64,000 bases of DNA from Patescibacteria group bacterium (lineage in GTDB: Bacteria; Patescibacteriota; Patescibacteriia; XYB2-FULL-38-15): contig JBAZJZ010000001.1 of NCBI GenBank assembly GCA_041650995.1, positions 427,302 through 491,301 on the forward strand, in the 5' to 3' direction. Position 1 is the stretch's first letter; every line of letters starts with the position of its first letter. A program made the translations under genes and the position numbers. The notes under the pieces are model-generated. The model saw only the letters and a program-made list of their open reading frames with translations. It had not been told where the DNA came from and ran no database searches. This document shows positions 20,916 through 30,898 of the stretch, piece by piece.

Positions 20916-23342
20916 TTAACTCCTTAATTTCGCGCCGAACCGCTGCTCCAATTTTTTGATAATTTTCTGTTCTATATTTTTCGCTTCTTCAAGTTTCAAC
21001 GTCCGCTCGTCCGAACGATAAACAATTCTGAAAGCCAAGCTCTTTTTTCCTGGCTCCATTCCCCTGCCTTCATAAACATCAAAAAGTTTTACTTCTTTTA
21101 CTAATCTGTTTTCTGTCTCAAAAATATTTTTTAAAACATCATCCCAAACCGTTTTCCCGGACACCAAAATAGCCAGATCAAGCTCAATCGACGGATACTT
21201 TGGAACTGGTTCGTAGGCTGCTTCTTCTTTACATAATTTTACCAGTTCTTTAAAATTAATGCCAAAAATTCCAACCCTATGTCGCACGCCCGAAGCCTGC
21301 TGCACTTGCGGCGCGAGTTCTGTTACGATGCCAAGGGTTTTTCCGCCCGCCATGATTTTTACGGTTCTCGCGGCATTTGCCCACATTGGAACATCTTTTT
21401 GCCAAATCTCAAATTTATAAGCGACATGCAGGGTATCGAAAATTTCTGCGGCTGCGGTCTTTGCATCATAAAATGGTGTCTCGTTATTTTTCATCAAAAT
21501 CATCCCGACCAAAGATTCGTCTTGTTGCGGCAGGCGCAGGGCGCCTTTCCCATCTTTCTTTAATTCCCCTAATTCGCGAAAGAAAATTTTTCCGAGCTCA
21601 AAAATTTTCACCTCATCAACAAAATGCTGATTAGCCGAAATGTTCCCGACAAGTCCAGGAACCAAACTCTGCCGCAGATGTGTCAAATTTTTATTAATAG
21701 AATTTTTTAACCTAATATGCTCGGCCGGATTAAATCCAAACTTTTTTAAAACTTTTTCTTCAGTAAAAGAATAATTATAGACTTCAGTCATCCGAAGCCC
21801 GTTCGCCAAAATATTTTTTACTACTCGCTCCGCTTTTCGCGCGCGATTTTCTTCCGGCGCTGCCACGGCTGCTTCCGGCATTTTTACAGAAATATTTTCA
21901 TAACCATAAACGCGCGCCACTTCTTCAACTAAATCGTCGGCAATAGCAATGTCTTTTGTCGCTCGCCAAGTGGGAATTTTAACATTCAAAACTTTTCCAA
22001 CCCTTTTTACTCCAAAGCCCAAAGATTTCAAGATGTTTACTACTTTTGCCGGCGGTATGATCTCGCCGATTTTTTTATCCAAATAATCAAAACTTAATTT
22101 TATCGGACCCTGATTTAATTTAAAATTCTTTACGTCAACAATTTTTCCGATTTTTGCCCCAGGTATAACTTTAAGAATAAGCTCGAGTACCCGCGCCATT
22201 CCCAACTCTGCCAAATTCGGATCTAATCCTTTTTCAAAACGAATCGACGCCTCTGTCCGAAGCCCGAGTTTCATTGAAGTTTTTCTGACACTGATAAAAT
22301 AAAAATCCGCCGATTCCAAAATAATTTTTGAAGTTTTTTCATTGACCTCAGAATTTTGTCCACCCATCACTCCGGCAAGGGCTATTGCTTTTTTATTATC
22401 CGCGATTACAAGCATTGATTTATCAAGTTTTCTTTGCGCGCCATCGAGCGTCACGAAGTTCTCTCCCTCTTTTGCCTCGCGCACCACGATTGTTTTTTGT
22501 TTCGCATCGCCGATTTTATCAAAATCAAAAGCATGGAGCGGCTGGCCAAATTCCAACATCACATAATTTGTAATATCAACAATATTATTTATGGAACGAA
22601 CGCCGACCGATTCCAATCTGGCGGATAGCCACGTGGGTGACGGCCCGATTTTTATATTTTCCACCACCGCGCCGAGATATCGAGGACATAATTTTTTATT
22701 CAAAACCTTAACTTCAAATTTTACGGCCGGCTTAGAAAAACCTTTAGATTTTTTTATTTTATATTCTTTAAATTTTTGCCCAAGAATTGCCGCGACTTCC
22801 CGCGCCAAACCATAATGCCCCCAAAGATCTGAGCGATGCGAAAGAGATTTATTATCAATTTCATAAATTACATCTTTCAAGGGCATTAATTCGCTCACTT
22901 TTGTTCCGACTTTAGCCGCAGTATTTAAAACCAAAATGCCTGAATGGGACAAACCCAAACCTATTTCATCTTCAGAACAAATCATTCCTTCCGACATTAT
23001 TCCGCGCACTTCCCGCCGCTCGAGCATCAAGCCGTTGGGCAAAGTTACGCCCGGCAGAGCGACAACGACTTTTTGCCCGGCCGCGACGTTTGGCGCGCCG
23101 CAAACAATTGTTAAAATTTTTTCGTTGCCAATATCAACTTTCGTCACGGAAAGCCGGTCGGCATTCGGATGTTTTTCACGAGTTTTAACAAAACCCACGA
23201 CTAATTTATCCAAAACTTCACCACGCTTTTCTATTCCTTCAATTTCCGTTGTGGTCAACATCAATTTTGACGCCAAAATTTCCGGCGTGACGCCTTTGGG
23301 AATATTTACAAAATCTTTTAGCCAATTAAGTGATATTTTCAT
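20916..23342 (-). CDS. pheT: phenylalanyl-tRNA synthetase beta subunit
   Basis: MKISLNWLKDFV, HPNADRL, IVCGAPNV, VDITNYVMLEFGQPLHAFD and a C-terminal FDX-ACB domain. Confidence 0.97.
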   Translation of the reverse strand: MKISLNWLKDFVNIPKGVTPEILASKLMLTTTEIEGIEKRGEVLDKLVVGFVKTREKHPNADRLSVTKVDIGNEKILTIVCGAPNVAAGQKVVVALPGVTLPNGLMLERREVRGIMSEGMICSEDEIGLGLSHSGILVLNTAAKVGTKVSELMPLKDVIYEIDNKSLSHRSDLWGHYGLAREVAAILGQKFKEYKIKKSKGFSKPAVKFEVKVLNKKLCPRYLGAVVENIKIGPSPTWLSARLESVGVRSINNIVDITNYVMLEFGQPLHAFDFDKIGDAKQKTIVVREAKEGENFVTLDGAQRKLDKSMLVIADNKKAIALAGVMGGQNSEVNEKTSKIILESADFYFISVRKTSMKLGLRTEASIRFEKGLDPNLAELGMARVLELILKVIPGAKIGKIVDVKNFKLNQGPIKLSFDYLDKKIGEIIPPAKVVNILKSLGFGVKRVGKVLNVKIPTWRATKDIAIADDLVEEVARVYGYENISVKMPEAAVAAPEENRARKAERVVKNILANGLRMTEVYNYSFTEEKVLKKFGFNPAEHIRLKNSINKNLTHLRQSLVPGLVGNISANQHFVDEVKIFELGKIFFRELGELKKDGKGALRLPQQDESLVGMILMKNNETPFYDAKTAAAEIFDTLHVAYKFEIWQKDVPMWANAARTVKIMAGGKTLGIVTELAPQVQQASGVRHRVGIFGINFKELVKLCKEEAAYEPVPKYPSIELDLAILVSGKTVWDDVLKNIFETENRLVKEVKLFDVYEGRGMEPGKKSLAFRIVYRSDERTLKLEEAKNIEQKIIKKLEQRFGAKLRS

Positions 23343-23355
23343 ACCTTATAACAAC

Positions 23356-23430
23356 TAATTACTTAATTACTAATTACCTAATTATACTTTTTTATCAGTA
23401 AGTACTCGGGTAATTGAGTAATTGGTAAAT
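23356..23430. repeat. short-unit (AATTAC-based) inverted repeat array
   Basis: TAATTACT-TAATTAC-TAATTACC-TAATTAT ... GTAATTGA-GTAATTG-GTAAAT between pheS and pheT. Confidence 0.7.
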
Positions 23431-23434
23431 AAAA

Positions 23435-24460
23435 TCAAAATTGTTGCAAAAATCTAATATCTCCTCCGCAAAATAGTCTGACATCATCAATGCCATATTT
23501 TAACATCGCAAGCCGTGTCAATCCAAAACCGAAAGCAAAACCGCTCCATTTTTCCGGATTTATTCCGCCCGCCTTCAAAACATTGGGATGGATTAGACCG
23601 GCGCCGAAAATTTCAAGCCATCCGGTATTTTTACAAAGCCGGCAACCTTTTCCATGGCAGAGAAAACAAGTTACCTCGCCGTTTACGCCCGGCTCGACAA
23701 AAGGGAAATATTTTGGCCTAAGCCGAACGCGCGTGTCTTTTCCATATAATTTTTGGGCTGTCACTTCAAGAATCGCTTTTAAATTTGCGAAGGAAATAGT
23801 TTTATCAATCATAAATCCTTCCAATTGATAAAAAGTGTGCTCGTGACGAGCGTCGGTCGCCTCGTTTCTAAAGCACCGGCCGGGCACAATCGCCCGAAGC
23901 GGCGCGCCATATTTTTCCATAGCCCTGACTTGCATCGGCGAAGTCTGCGTACGCATTAAAAGTCCCTCTCCTTCAACATAAAAAGTATCTTGCATTTCTC
24001 GCGCTGGATGCCATGCGGGAATATTTAACGCCTCAAAATTATAATACTCAGACTCAAGTTCCGGCCCGTCTAAAACCATAAAACCCATTGAAGAAAAAAT
24101 ATCTTCCAGCTCATATTGAACTTTTGAAACTGGATTTAAGTGTCCAGAGCCGTTACTTAACTTAGAAGCGGTCACATCAATCCAATCTTTTTCATCTACC
24201 GCTCCTATTCCTTTTCCACTAAATGTTTTTTTTACTCGCCCGATTTCGCTCGCGAGTGCCTGCTTAACTTGGTTTGCAAGATCGCCGGCTTTCCCCCGCT
24301 CTTCCGTTGGTAATTCGCCGACTGTCCGCAGAATTTTAGTCAACTCCCCTTTTCGGCCAAGATATTTAATTTCAAAATTTTGCAGTTGATTTTCTCCGCT
24401 GATTTTTTTAATTTCATCCAACGCTTTTGTTTTCAATTGTTGAAGTTGTTCCTGCAACAT
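23435..24460 (-). CDS. pheS: phenylalanyl-tRNA synthetase alpha subunit
   Basis: NFEALNIP.WHPAREMQDTF, MRTQTSPMQ, YFPFVEP and GFAFGFGLTR motifs. Confidence 0.97.
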   Translation of the reverse strand: MLQEQLQQLKTKALDEIKKISGENQLQNFEIKYLGRKGELTKILRTVGELPTEERGKAGDLANQVKQALASEIGRVKKTFSGKGIGAVDEKDWIDVTASKLSNGSGHLNPVSKVQYELEDIFSSMGFMVLDGPELESEYYNFEALNIPAWHPAREMQDTFYVEGEGLLMRTQTSPMQVRAMEKYGAPLRAIVPGRCFRNEATDARHEHTFYQLEGFMIDKTISFANLKAILEVTAQKLYGKDTRVRLRPKYFPFVEPGVNGEVTCFLCHGKGCRLCKNTGWLEIFGAGLIHPNVLKAGGINPEKWSGFAFGFGLTRLAMLKYGIDDVRLFCGGDIRFLQQF

Positions 24461-24464
24461 AAAG

Positions 24465-25574
24465 TTAATTTATAATTTTATCCCACAATCCCACAAATTT
24501 ATCGCTAAATTTTATAACGTCGCGATAAGTAACGAGCAAAACTAAAAGCATTAAAAGACCAAATCCGATATTGTGAACCAAATTTTCAATTTTTTGACTA
24601 ACCGGTTTACGGCGAATTTTTTCAATCAGAAGGAAAAGTAATCTTCCGCCATCCAACGCCGGGAAAGGTAAAAAATTTATCACTGCCAAATTTATGGAAA
24701 GCAATGCCGTGAATTGCAGAAGATAAATTATTCCCATTCTTGCCACTTGTCCGGTCAAAACGGCAATGCCAACCGGGCCGGAAAGATCAACGGAAACTTT
24801 TTGCGTGACAATTAAATTTTTAATTAATTCATAAAAAGCGACAGCTACTTCGCCGGTAAATAAAACCGCGCTTTCTGCTCCTTTCCATAAAGACAAATAC
24901 CAAGGATACGAAACAATTCCAGTTTTTAAGAGCCCCACGCCAATGCCGCCGCGCCCAGTTTCGATCAAAAATGTTGGGCTAATTTCCTTATCAATTTTCT
25001 GGCTGTCTCTTTCCAGCACAAATTTTATTGGCACATCAATTTTTCCGGCAAGATAATTTTGCATAGATTCTACATCTTCCACTTTCTGACCATCTATTTC
25101 TAAAATTGTGTCTCCAGGGAAGATCCCCACTTCCGCCGCCGGCGTTTCTTCCAAAACCTGAACAACCTGGACTCTGGCGTCGCGGATTCTGGCATAGCCA
25201 TTTTCTCCATTAATAACCTGCGGCAAACCAATCATAAAACCGATTGATAAAAGAACCGCAGCTAAAACAAAATTCATCAAAACTCCGGCACTTAAAATTA
25301 CCGCGCGCCGCCAAATTTTTTTATGGGAAAAACTGTCTTCGTCTTCTTTATTTTCACCATCTTCACCTTTAATTTTTACAAAACCTCCAAGCGGTATCCA
25401 GTTTATGGAATAAATTGTTTCTCCTTTTTTTATTCCAAAAATACGCGGTGGAAATCCAAAACCAAACTCTTCAACTTTCACGCCGTTTTTTCTCGCGGCG
25501 ACAAAATGGCCGAGTTCGTGAACGAATACGAGAAGGCCGAGAATTAGAACGAAAACGATTATGGTGATAAGCAT
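24465..25574 (-). CDS. rseP: RIP metalloprotease RseP (M50)
   Basis: HELGH, IPLGGFV, a PDZ domain and NFLPFPALDGG. Confidence 0.93.
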   Translation of the reverse strand: MLITIIVFVLILGLLVFVHELGHFVAARKNGVKVEEFGFGFPPRIFGIKKGETIYSINWIPLGGFVKIKGEDGENKEDEDSFSHKKIWRRAVILSAGVLMNFVLAAVLLSIGFMIGLPQVINGENGYARIRDARVQVVQVLEETPAAEVGIFPGDTILEIDGQKVEDVESMQNYLAGKIDVPIKFVLERDSQKIDKEISPTFLIETGRGGIGVGLLKTGIVSYPWYLSLWKGAESAVLFTGEVAVAFYELIKNLIVTQKVSVDLSGPVGIAVLTGQVARMGIIYLLQFTALLSINLAVINFLPFPALDGGRLLFLLIEKIRRKPVSQKIENLVHNIGFGLLMLLVLLVTYRDVIKFSDKFVGLWDKIIN

Positions 25575-25600
25575 AGTTAATTTAAATTTTTATCTTTATA

Positions 25601-25720
25601 AAATCCAAATGTCAAAATCCAAATTTCAAATCAATGACTAAAATTCAAATGACTAAAAATTGTTTTGGGTTTTGGATTTTGGATTTGATTTGACATTTGA
25701 GCTTTGGGTTTGGGATTTCA
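25601..25720. repeat. heptamer (CAAATnn) inverted repeat array
   Basis: CAAATGT-CAAAATC-CAAATTT-CAAAT on the left and TTTTGGA-TTTTGGA-TTTGA-TTTGACA-TTTGAGC on the right, between murI and rseP. Confidence 0.7.
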
Positions 25721-25724
25721 TTAT

Positions 25725-26522
25725 TTATCCCACTTCCGCCCTCTCAAACTTCACCACTTTCCCGAGTAACTTTTCCGCAATCCGCGGCACCTGTGCCGTA
25801 AGATCAGAAACAAAAAATTTATGATCCCCATCTTTTCCTAAACTCTTTTCCACACTATCATTTTTGATCAAAAATTTTTTCAGTTCGTGGACAACTTCCT
25901 CGGCGGAATCAACTAACTTAACTTTTCGGCCAATTCTCGTTTTAATAATATTTTTCAAAACTGGATAATGAGTGCAACCTAAAATCAAAGTATCAATTTG
26001 TTTGTTCTTGAGAGGCTGAAGATATTTTCTAACAATTTTTTTTGTTTCCGGCTGATTAAGCCAAGCTTCCTCAACCAATGGCACGAGCAACGGACAAGCC
26101 TGACTTTCTACTTGAATATTTATATTTTCTTTTTTTATCATTGCCTCATAAACGCCGCTTGAAATTGTGGCTCGCGTACCAATAACTCCGGCTTTCCCGC
26201 GCGTAGCAGAAATTGCCGCCCGAACCGCCGGCATAATCACTTCAAAAACCGGAACATTTAATTCTTTTCTTAAAATTTCCGCGGCGAAAGCTGAAGCGGT
26301 ATTGCAGGCGATAACAATTATCTTCGCACCATGATCCAACAAAAATTTTGCGTCTTCGCGCGCGTATTTTATAATTGTCTCTTTGCTTTTCGTACCATAC
26401 GGCGTTCGCGCGGTATCACCGAAATAAATAATTTTGTAATCTGGTAATTCTTTAAAAATTTCCCGAACGACTGTCAACCCGCCAACCCCTGAATCAAAAA
26501 TGCCAATCATATTATTTGCCAA
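25725..26522 (-). CDS. murI: glutamate racemase
   Basis: IGIFDSGVGGLTV, PYGTKS, IACNTAS and LGCTHYP motifs. Confidence 0.96.
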   Translation of the reverse strand: MANNMIGIFDSGVGGLTVVREIFKELPDYKIIYFGDTARTPYGTKSKETIIKYAREDAKFLLDHGAKIIVIACNTASAFAAEILRKELNVPVFEVIMPAVRAAISATRGKAGVIGTRATISSGVYEAMIKKENINIQVESQACPLLVPLVEEAWLNQPETKKIVRKYLQPLKNKQIDTLILGCTHYPVLKNIIKTRIGRKVKLVDSAEEVVHELKKFLIKNDSVEKSLGKDGDHKFFVSDLTAQVPRIAEKLLGKVVKFERAEVG

Positions 26523-27861
26523 TAATCTCCGTTAATTCCTTTTTCTTTTCCTCCATTAATTCTTTTGTTTTTGCTTCTAAATTCAATCTTAATAATGGCT
26601 CAGTATTTGACGGCCGAACATTAAACCACCAATCGGAAAAATCAAGGCGAACACCATCGAGATGAGATATTTCGCTCGCTGCCGCACCATATTTTTCTTC
26701 TAATTCTTTCATTTTTCTCGTCTTATCTCTAACTTCAAAATTTATTTCTCCAGAATGATAATATCGCGAAAGCGGCGCGACAATTTCCGAAAAACTTTTT
26801 CCAGACTGGCTGATAATTTCCAATAATTTAAGCATTGTCAAATCGCCAGATTCCACATTATAAAAATCCCGATAATAAAAATGGGAAGAAAATTCTCCGG
26901 CAAAAAACGCGCCATTATCCCACATCTGTTTTTTAATCAAAGCATGCCCAACGCGGCACATTTCCGCCCGACCGCCCGTATTCTCTACTTCTTCGCGGAC
27001 CACCAAGCTTGAACGCACATCATAAAGAACCAATTCACCTGGATTTTTTTGAAGCAACTCCCGAGCAATTAAAGCCAGAATTAAATCGGCGCGAACTGTT
27101 TCTCCTTTTTCATCAACAAAACCAATTCGATCCGCGTCACCGTCAATCGCCACACCCATGTCCGCGCCCTCCTCCAAAACTTTCTTTTTTAAATCAACCA
27201 AAGTTTCTTCTTTCAACGGATTCGCTTCATGATTCGGAAAACTTCCATCCAATTCAAAATATAACGGAATTATTTTACACGGAATTTTTTTAAAAATTTC
27301 TGGCAATGGAATCACACCAACGGCGTTCGCGGTATCAACTACAATTTTTAAAGGTTTAATTTTTTCCGCATCAACTAAACTTAAAACTTTTTTAACATAA
27401 GCGTCTAAAATTTCTTTTTTAGCTATTTTACCGCGAGTGGCGGCCTCGGGAAATTTTCCTTCTATCACCATTTTTTTAAGCTCGGCCATGCCCGTGTTTT
27501 CGCCAATTGGCAGGGCATTCTCATAACACAACTTTAAACCATTATAATCTTTAGGATTATGTGAAGCAGTCACCATAATCCCCGCTTCATGTTCCTTATA
27601 TTCAGCCACGGCGAAATTCAGCATTGGCGTCGTAACAAGGCCAATGTTAATGGCATCTGCCCCTTGTTCGGTAACGCCCTTCATAACCGCTTGGATCAAA
27701 GAATCTGACGAAAAACGGGCATCATGACCAACTACTATTGTTTTAGCGCCGGTAATTACGACCATCGCCCGTCCCACAAGATAAGCAGTTTCTTCATTTA
27801 AATCCCGTGGATAGACTCCACGGATATCGTAAGCCTTAAAAATTGATGAATTTATGGACAT
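26512..27861 (-). CDS. phosphomannomutase/phosphoglucomutase
   Basis: IFKAYDIRG, TASHNP, DGDADR, GEFSSH and RPSNTEP motifs. Confidence 0.95.
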   Translation of the reverse strand: MSINSSIFKAYDIRGVYPRDLNEETAYLVGRAMVVITGAKTIVVGHDARFSSDSLIQAVMKGVTEQGADAINIGLVTTPMLNFAVAEYKEHEAGIMVTASHNPKDYNGLKLCYENALPIGENTGMAELKKMVIEGKFPEAATRGKIAKKEILDAYVKKVLSLVDAEKIKPLKIVVDTANAVGVIPLPEIFKKIPCKIIPLYFELDGSFPNHEANPLKEETLVDLKKKVLEEGADMGVAIDGDADRIGFVDEKGETVRADLILALIARELLQKNPGELVLYDVRSSLVVREEVENTGGRAEMCRVGHALIKKQMWDNGAFFAGEFSSHFYYRDFYNVESGDLTMLKLLEIISQSGKSFSEIVAPLSRYYHSGEINFEVRDKTRKMKELEEKYGAAASEISHLDGVRLDFSDWWFNVRPSNTEPLLRLNLEAKTKELMEEKKKELTEIIGK

Positions 27862-27882
27862 AAAACAACTTCAAAGATAACT

Positions 27883-27911
27883 TTGACTTTTGTGTTTTTT
27901 CATTATATAAT
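27883..27911 (+). promoter_or_regulatory. sigma70-like promoter of lemA-htpX
   Basis: TTGACT-17 bp-TATAAT. Confidence 0.65.
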
Positions 27912-28005
27912 AATAAAGGAATTAAGACAAATTTAACTTGCGACGCCGAACTTTCAACTTACGAATTTTCGTTAGTTGTTTGTCGCCAGTCGTTTATTGT
28001 AAACT

Positions 28006-28569
28006 ATGGCTATTTACTGGGTAATCTTGGGTGTCCTGGGCCTAATCGTCGTTTGGCTCATCGCCACTTACAACGGACTAATTACTCTCCGAAACCGCAC
28101 GGATGAAGCCTGGTCTGACATTGATGTCCAATTAAAACGCCGCTATGACTTGATTCCAAATCTTGTGGAAACAGTCAAGGGATATGCTGGACACGAAAAA
28201 GAAGTTTTTGAAAAAGTAACTTTGGCCCGCGCCGCGGCTATTAACGCGGAAAAAAGCGGAAACCCGGCCGAGATCGCGAAAACGGAAAATATGCTCGCCG
28301 GAACATTAAAAACACTTTTTGCCGTAGCGGAAAATTATCCCGATCTCAAAGCTTCGCAAAATTTCTTGCAACTGCAAGATGAGCTTTCCGATACGGAAAA
28401 TAAAGTCCAGGCCGCTCGCCGCTTTTACAACGGCAATGTCCGCGACTTCAATATCAAACTAGAAAAATTCCCGACCAACATGATTGCCGGTATATTTGGT
28501 TTCAAATCAAAACAATTTTTTGAAATAGAAGAGGCGGCGCAAAGAGAAGCAGTAAAAGTCAGTTTCTAG
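28006..28569 (+). CDS. lemA: LemA family protein
   Basis: [37 protein letters not shown] and ARRFYN motifs. Confidence 0.95.
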   Translation: MAIYWVILGVLGLIVVWLIATYNGLITLRNRTDEAWSDIDVQLKRRYDLIPNLVETVKGYAGHEKEVFEKVTLARAAAINAEKSGNPAEIAKTENMLAGTLKTLFAVAENYPDLKASQNFLQLQDELSDTENKVQAARRFYNGNVRDFNIKLEKFPTNMIAGIFGFKSKQFFEIEEAAQREAVKVSF

Positions 28570-28587
28570 CTCCGCGACGAAAGCAAT

Positions 28588-28658
28588 AAATTACTCAATT
28601 ACTCAATTACCAAATTATTTGATGGTAATTAAGTAACTAATAGTAACTGGGTAATTAC
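28588..28658. repeat. short-unit (AATTAC-based) inverted repeat array
   Basis: AATTACTC-AATTACTC-AATTACC-AAATTA ... GGTAATTAAGTAACT ... GGGTAATTAC between lemA and htpX. Confidence 0.7.
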
Positions 28659-28678
28659 AGCCCCTACTGTTTTTAATT

Positions 28679-29575
28679 ATGTACAAACAGATTGTTTCTA
28701 ATAAGCGAAAATCATTTTTGTTAATCGCGTTTTTTGTTATTTTTGTCGTTTTTCTTGGTTGGATTTTCGGACAATTTACCGGCGACTCGTATGGAGTATT
28801 AATCTTAGCTTTAATAATTTCTCTTACGATGGCGCTCATAAGTTTTTATAGCGGCGATAAAGTCGCGCTCTGGACGGCCGGGGCGAAAGGCCCAATCCAG
28901 AAAATCGATAACCCTTACGTTTATCGATTAGTAGAAAATCTCTGCATAACCGCGGGCCTCCCGACGCCCAAAATTTATCTAATCCCCGATCCGGCGCCTA
29001 ATGCATTTGCCACCGGCCGCGACCCGAAACACGCTTCCATCGCCCTAACTACCGGATTGATTGAACGGCTGGAAAATGAAGAGCTAGAGGGAGTTATTGC
29101 CCACGAACTTTCTCATATTAAAAATTATGATATCCGCCTGATGATGATTGTGATTGTTTTAGTTGGAATCGTGGCCCTTCTCTCCAACTGGCTACTGCGA
29201 TTTCGTTTTTTGGGAGGAAGGCGCGATGATCGCGAAGGTAGCGGACAAATTGGCGTGATATTACTTTTAGCCGGCATTGTCCTCGCCATTCTTTCGCCAC
29301 TCATCTCTAAATTAATTCAGCTTGCAGTTTCAAGAAAACGGGAATTTTTGGCCGATGCCGATGGTGCTCTTTTAACGCGTTACCCCGAAGGGCTTGCCAG
29401 AGCTTTAGAAAAAATTTCCGTGTATACCGAGCCAATGGCAAGAGCCAACGACGCCACAGCCCACCTCTATATTTCAAATCCTTTTGGGGGGAGAAAAAAT
29501 AAATTTTTTCATAAATTATTTTCTACTCATCCTCCGGCTGAAGAAAGGATCAAGGCACTACGCACGATGGCGTAA
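28679..29575 (+). CDS. htpX: HtpX-like M48 zinc metalloprotease
   Basis: PNAFATGR, AHELSH, SRKREFLADA and FSTHPP..ERI motifs. Confidence 0.93.
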   Translation: MYKQIVSNKRKSFLLIAFFVIFVVFLGWIFGQFTGDSYGVLILALIISLTMALISFYSGDKVALWTAGAKGPIQKIDNPYVYRLVENLCITAGLPTPKIYLIPDPAPNAFATGRDPKHASIALTTGLIERLENEELEGVIAHELSHIKNYDIRLMMIVIVLVGIVALLSNWLLRFRFLGGRRDDREGSGQIGVILLLAGIVLAILSPLISKLIQLAVSRKREFLADADGALLTRYPEGLARALEKISVYTEPMARANDATAHLYISNPFGGRKNKFFHKLFSTHPPAEERIKALRTMA

Positions 29576-29617
29576 TTAATTTTTAATTTTACATTTTTAA
29601 TTTTTAACTTTCATAAT

Positions 29618-30865
29618 ATGGATTGGAAAAAAATTTTAGTTGTTGTACTTTTTGTCAGTATCACGCTGGGTATGGGCATTCTTATGTATTATGTTTTTTT
29701 CCGGCCGACTCCGCCGCTTACAAACGTCCCCATTACCAATGAAGCTGTCACGCCCGGCGGGCTCGGCCGCGCGCTGGAAGGTCCCCCAACACCGGTTGAG
29801 GTTTCTGCCACTCCAACTCAAATTTTGGCCCCATCTCTTACCCCTCCGCCACAATTGCCATCAGAAATTTCCCGAGTGGCCAAAGGCGACATAACATGGG
29901 TTGGCACCCTAGTTAATAAACCCATCTCCAACGCCAAACTGGCTTCAAACGGAAAAGATGTTGCTTACTATGATACCGCTGACGGAAAATTTTACCGCGT
30001 TGATGAAAACGGAAATGCCGTCAAACTGTCTGATAAAATTTTTCAAAATGTGGAAAAAGTAAGTTGGGCGCCGACAACTGATAAAGCAATCTTGGAATTT
30101 CCTGACGGAGCAAATATCCTTTATGATTTTACTTCCGAAAAACAATTCACTCTTCCGCAACACTGGGAAGATTTTAGTTTTTCTCCCGATGGAACTCAGA
30201 TTGCCGGAAAAAGCATGGGCATTGACCCTGATAATCGTTGGCTTTTTATTTCCGACCCTGACGGTACGGGAATAAAAGCCATTGAACCTTTAGGCAATAA
30301 CGCGAATAAAGTTGAGGTAAATTGGTCTCCTAATAATCAAGTTATCGCCACTTCTCGCACCGGCCAAGCAATGGGCTTTGAACGCCAACAAATTCTTTTA
30401 GTTGGGAAAAATCATGAAAATTTCCCAGGTCTTACTGTTGAGGGTCAAGGATTTCAGTCGCAGTGGTCTAAAACCGGCGATCGCCTTCTTTATTCCGTTT
30501 ATAATTCCGCGTCAGATTACAAACCGGTTCTCTGGCTCGTCGGCGCGCAGGGAGATAATATCGGATCAGGCAGAAGAAGCCTTTCGGTTAACACCTGGGC
30601 TGACAAATGCACTTTTGCTGACAATGAAACTGTTTACTGTGCTGTGCCACAAGCAATGGAAACTGGCGCCGGATTTCAACCAGATCTTTTTAGCTCTGTC
30701 CCTGATTCATTTTATAAAATAGATTTATCAACAGGACTCAGAAGTCTTGTCGCTGTTCCTTATGGATCTTTTACCGCGGAAAACGTCGCGGTTACCTCCG
30801 ACGGCCGATATTTAACTTTTACCAACAGTCAGACCGGGCGGCTGGAACGTATCCAATTGCAATAA
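29618..30865 (+). CDS. membrane-anchored beta-propeller (TolB/WD40-like) protein
   Basis: N-terminal TM, Pro/Thr linker, repeated WSP/FSPDG blade motifs. Confidence 0.7.
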   Translation: MDWKKILVVVLFVSITLGMGILMYYVFFRPTPPLTNVPITNEAVTPGGLGRALEGPPTPVEVSATPTQILAPSLTPPPQLPSEISRVAKGDITWVGTLVNKPISNAKLASNGKDVAYYDTADGKFYRVDENGNAVKLSDKIFQNVEKVSWAPTTDKAILEFPDGANILYDFTSEKQFTLPQHWEDFSFSPDGTQIAGKSMGIDPDNRWLFISDPDGTGIKAIEPLGNNANKVEVNWSPNNQVIATSRTGQAMGFERQQILLVGKNHENFPGLTVEGQGFQSQWSKTGDRLLYSVYNSASDYKPVLWLVGAQGDNIGSGRRSLSVNTWADKCTFADNETVYCAVPQAMETGAGFQPDLFSSVPDSFYKIDLSTGLRSLVAVPYGSFTAENVAVTSDGRYLTFTNSQTGRLERIQLQ

Positions 30866-30898
30866 ATAAAATACCTTAAATACATTTTTAAAATAATT

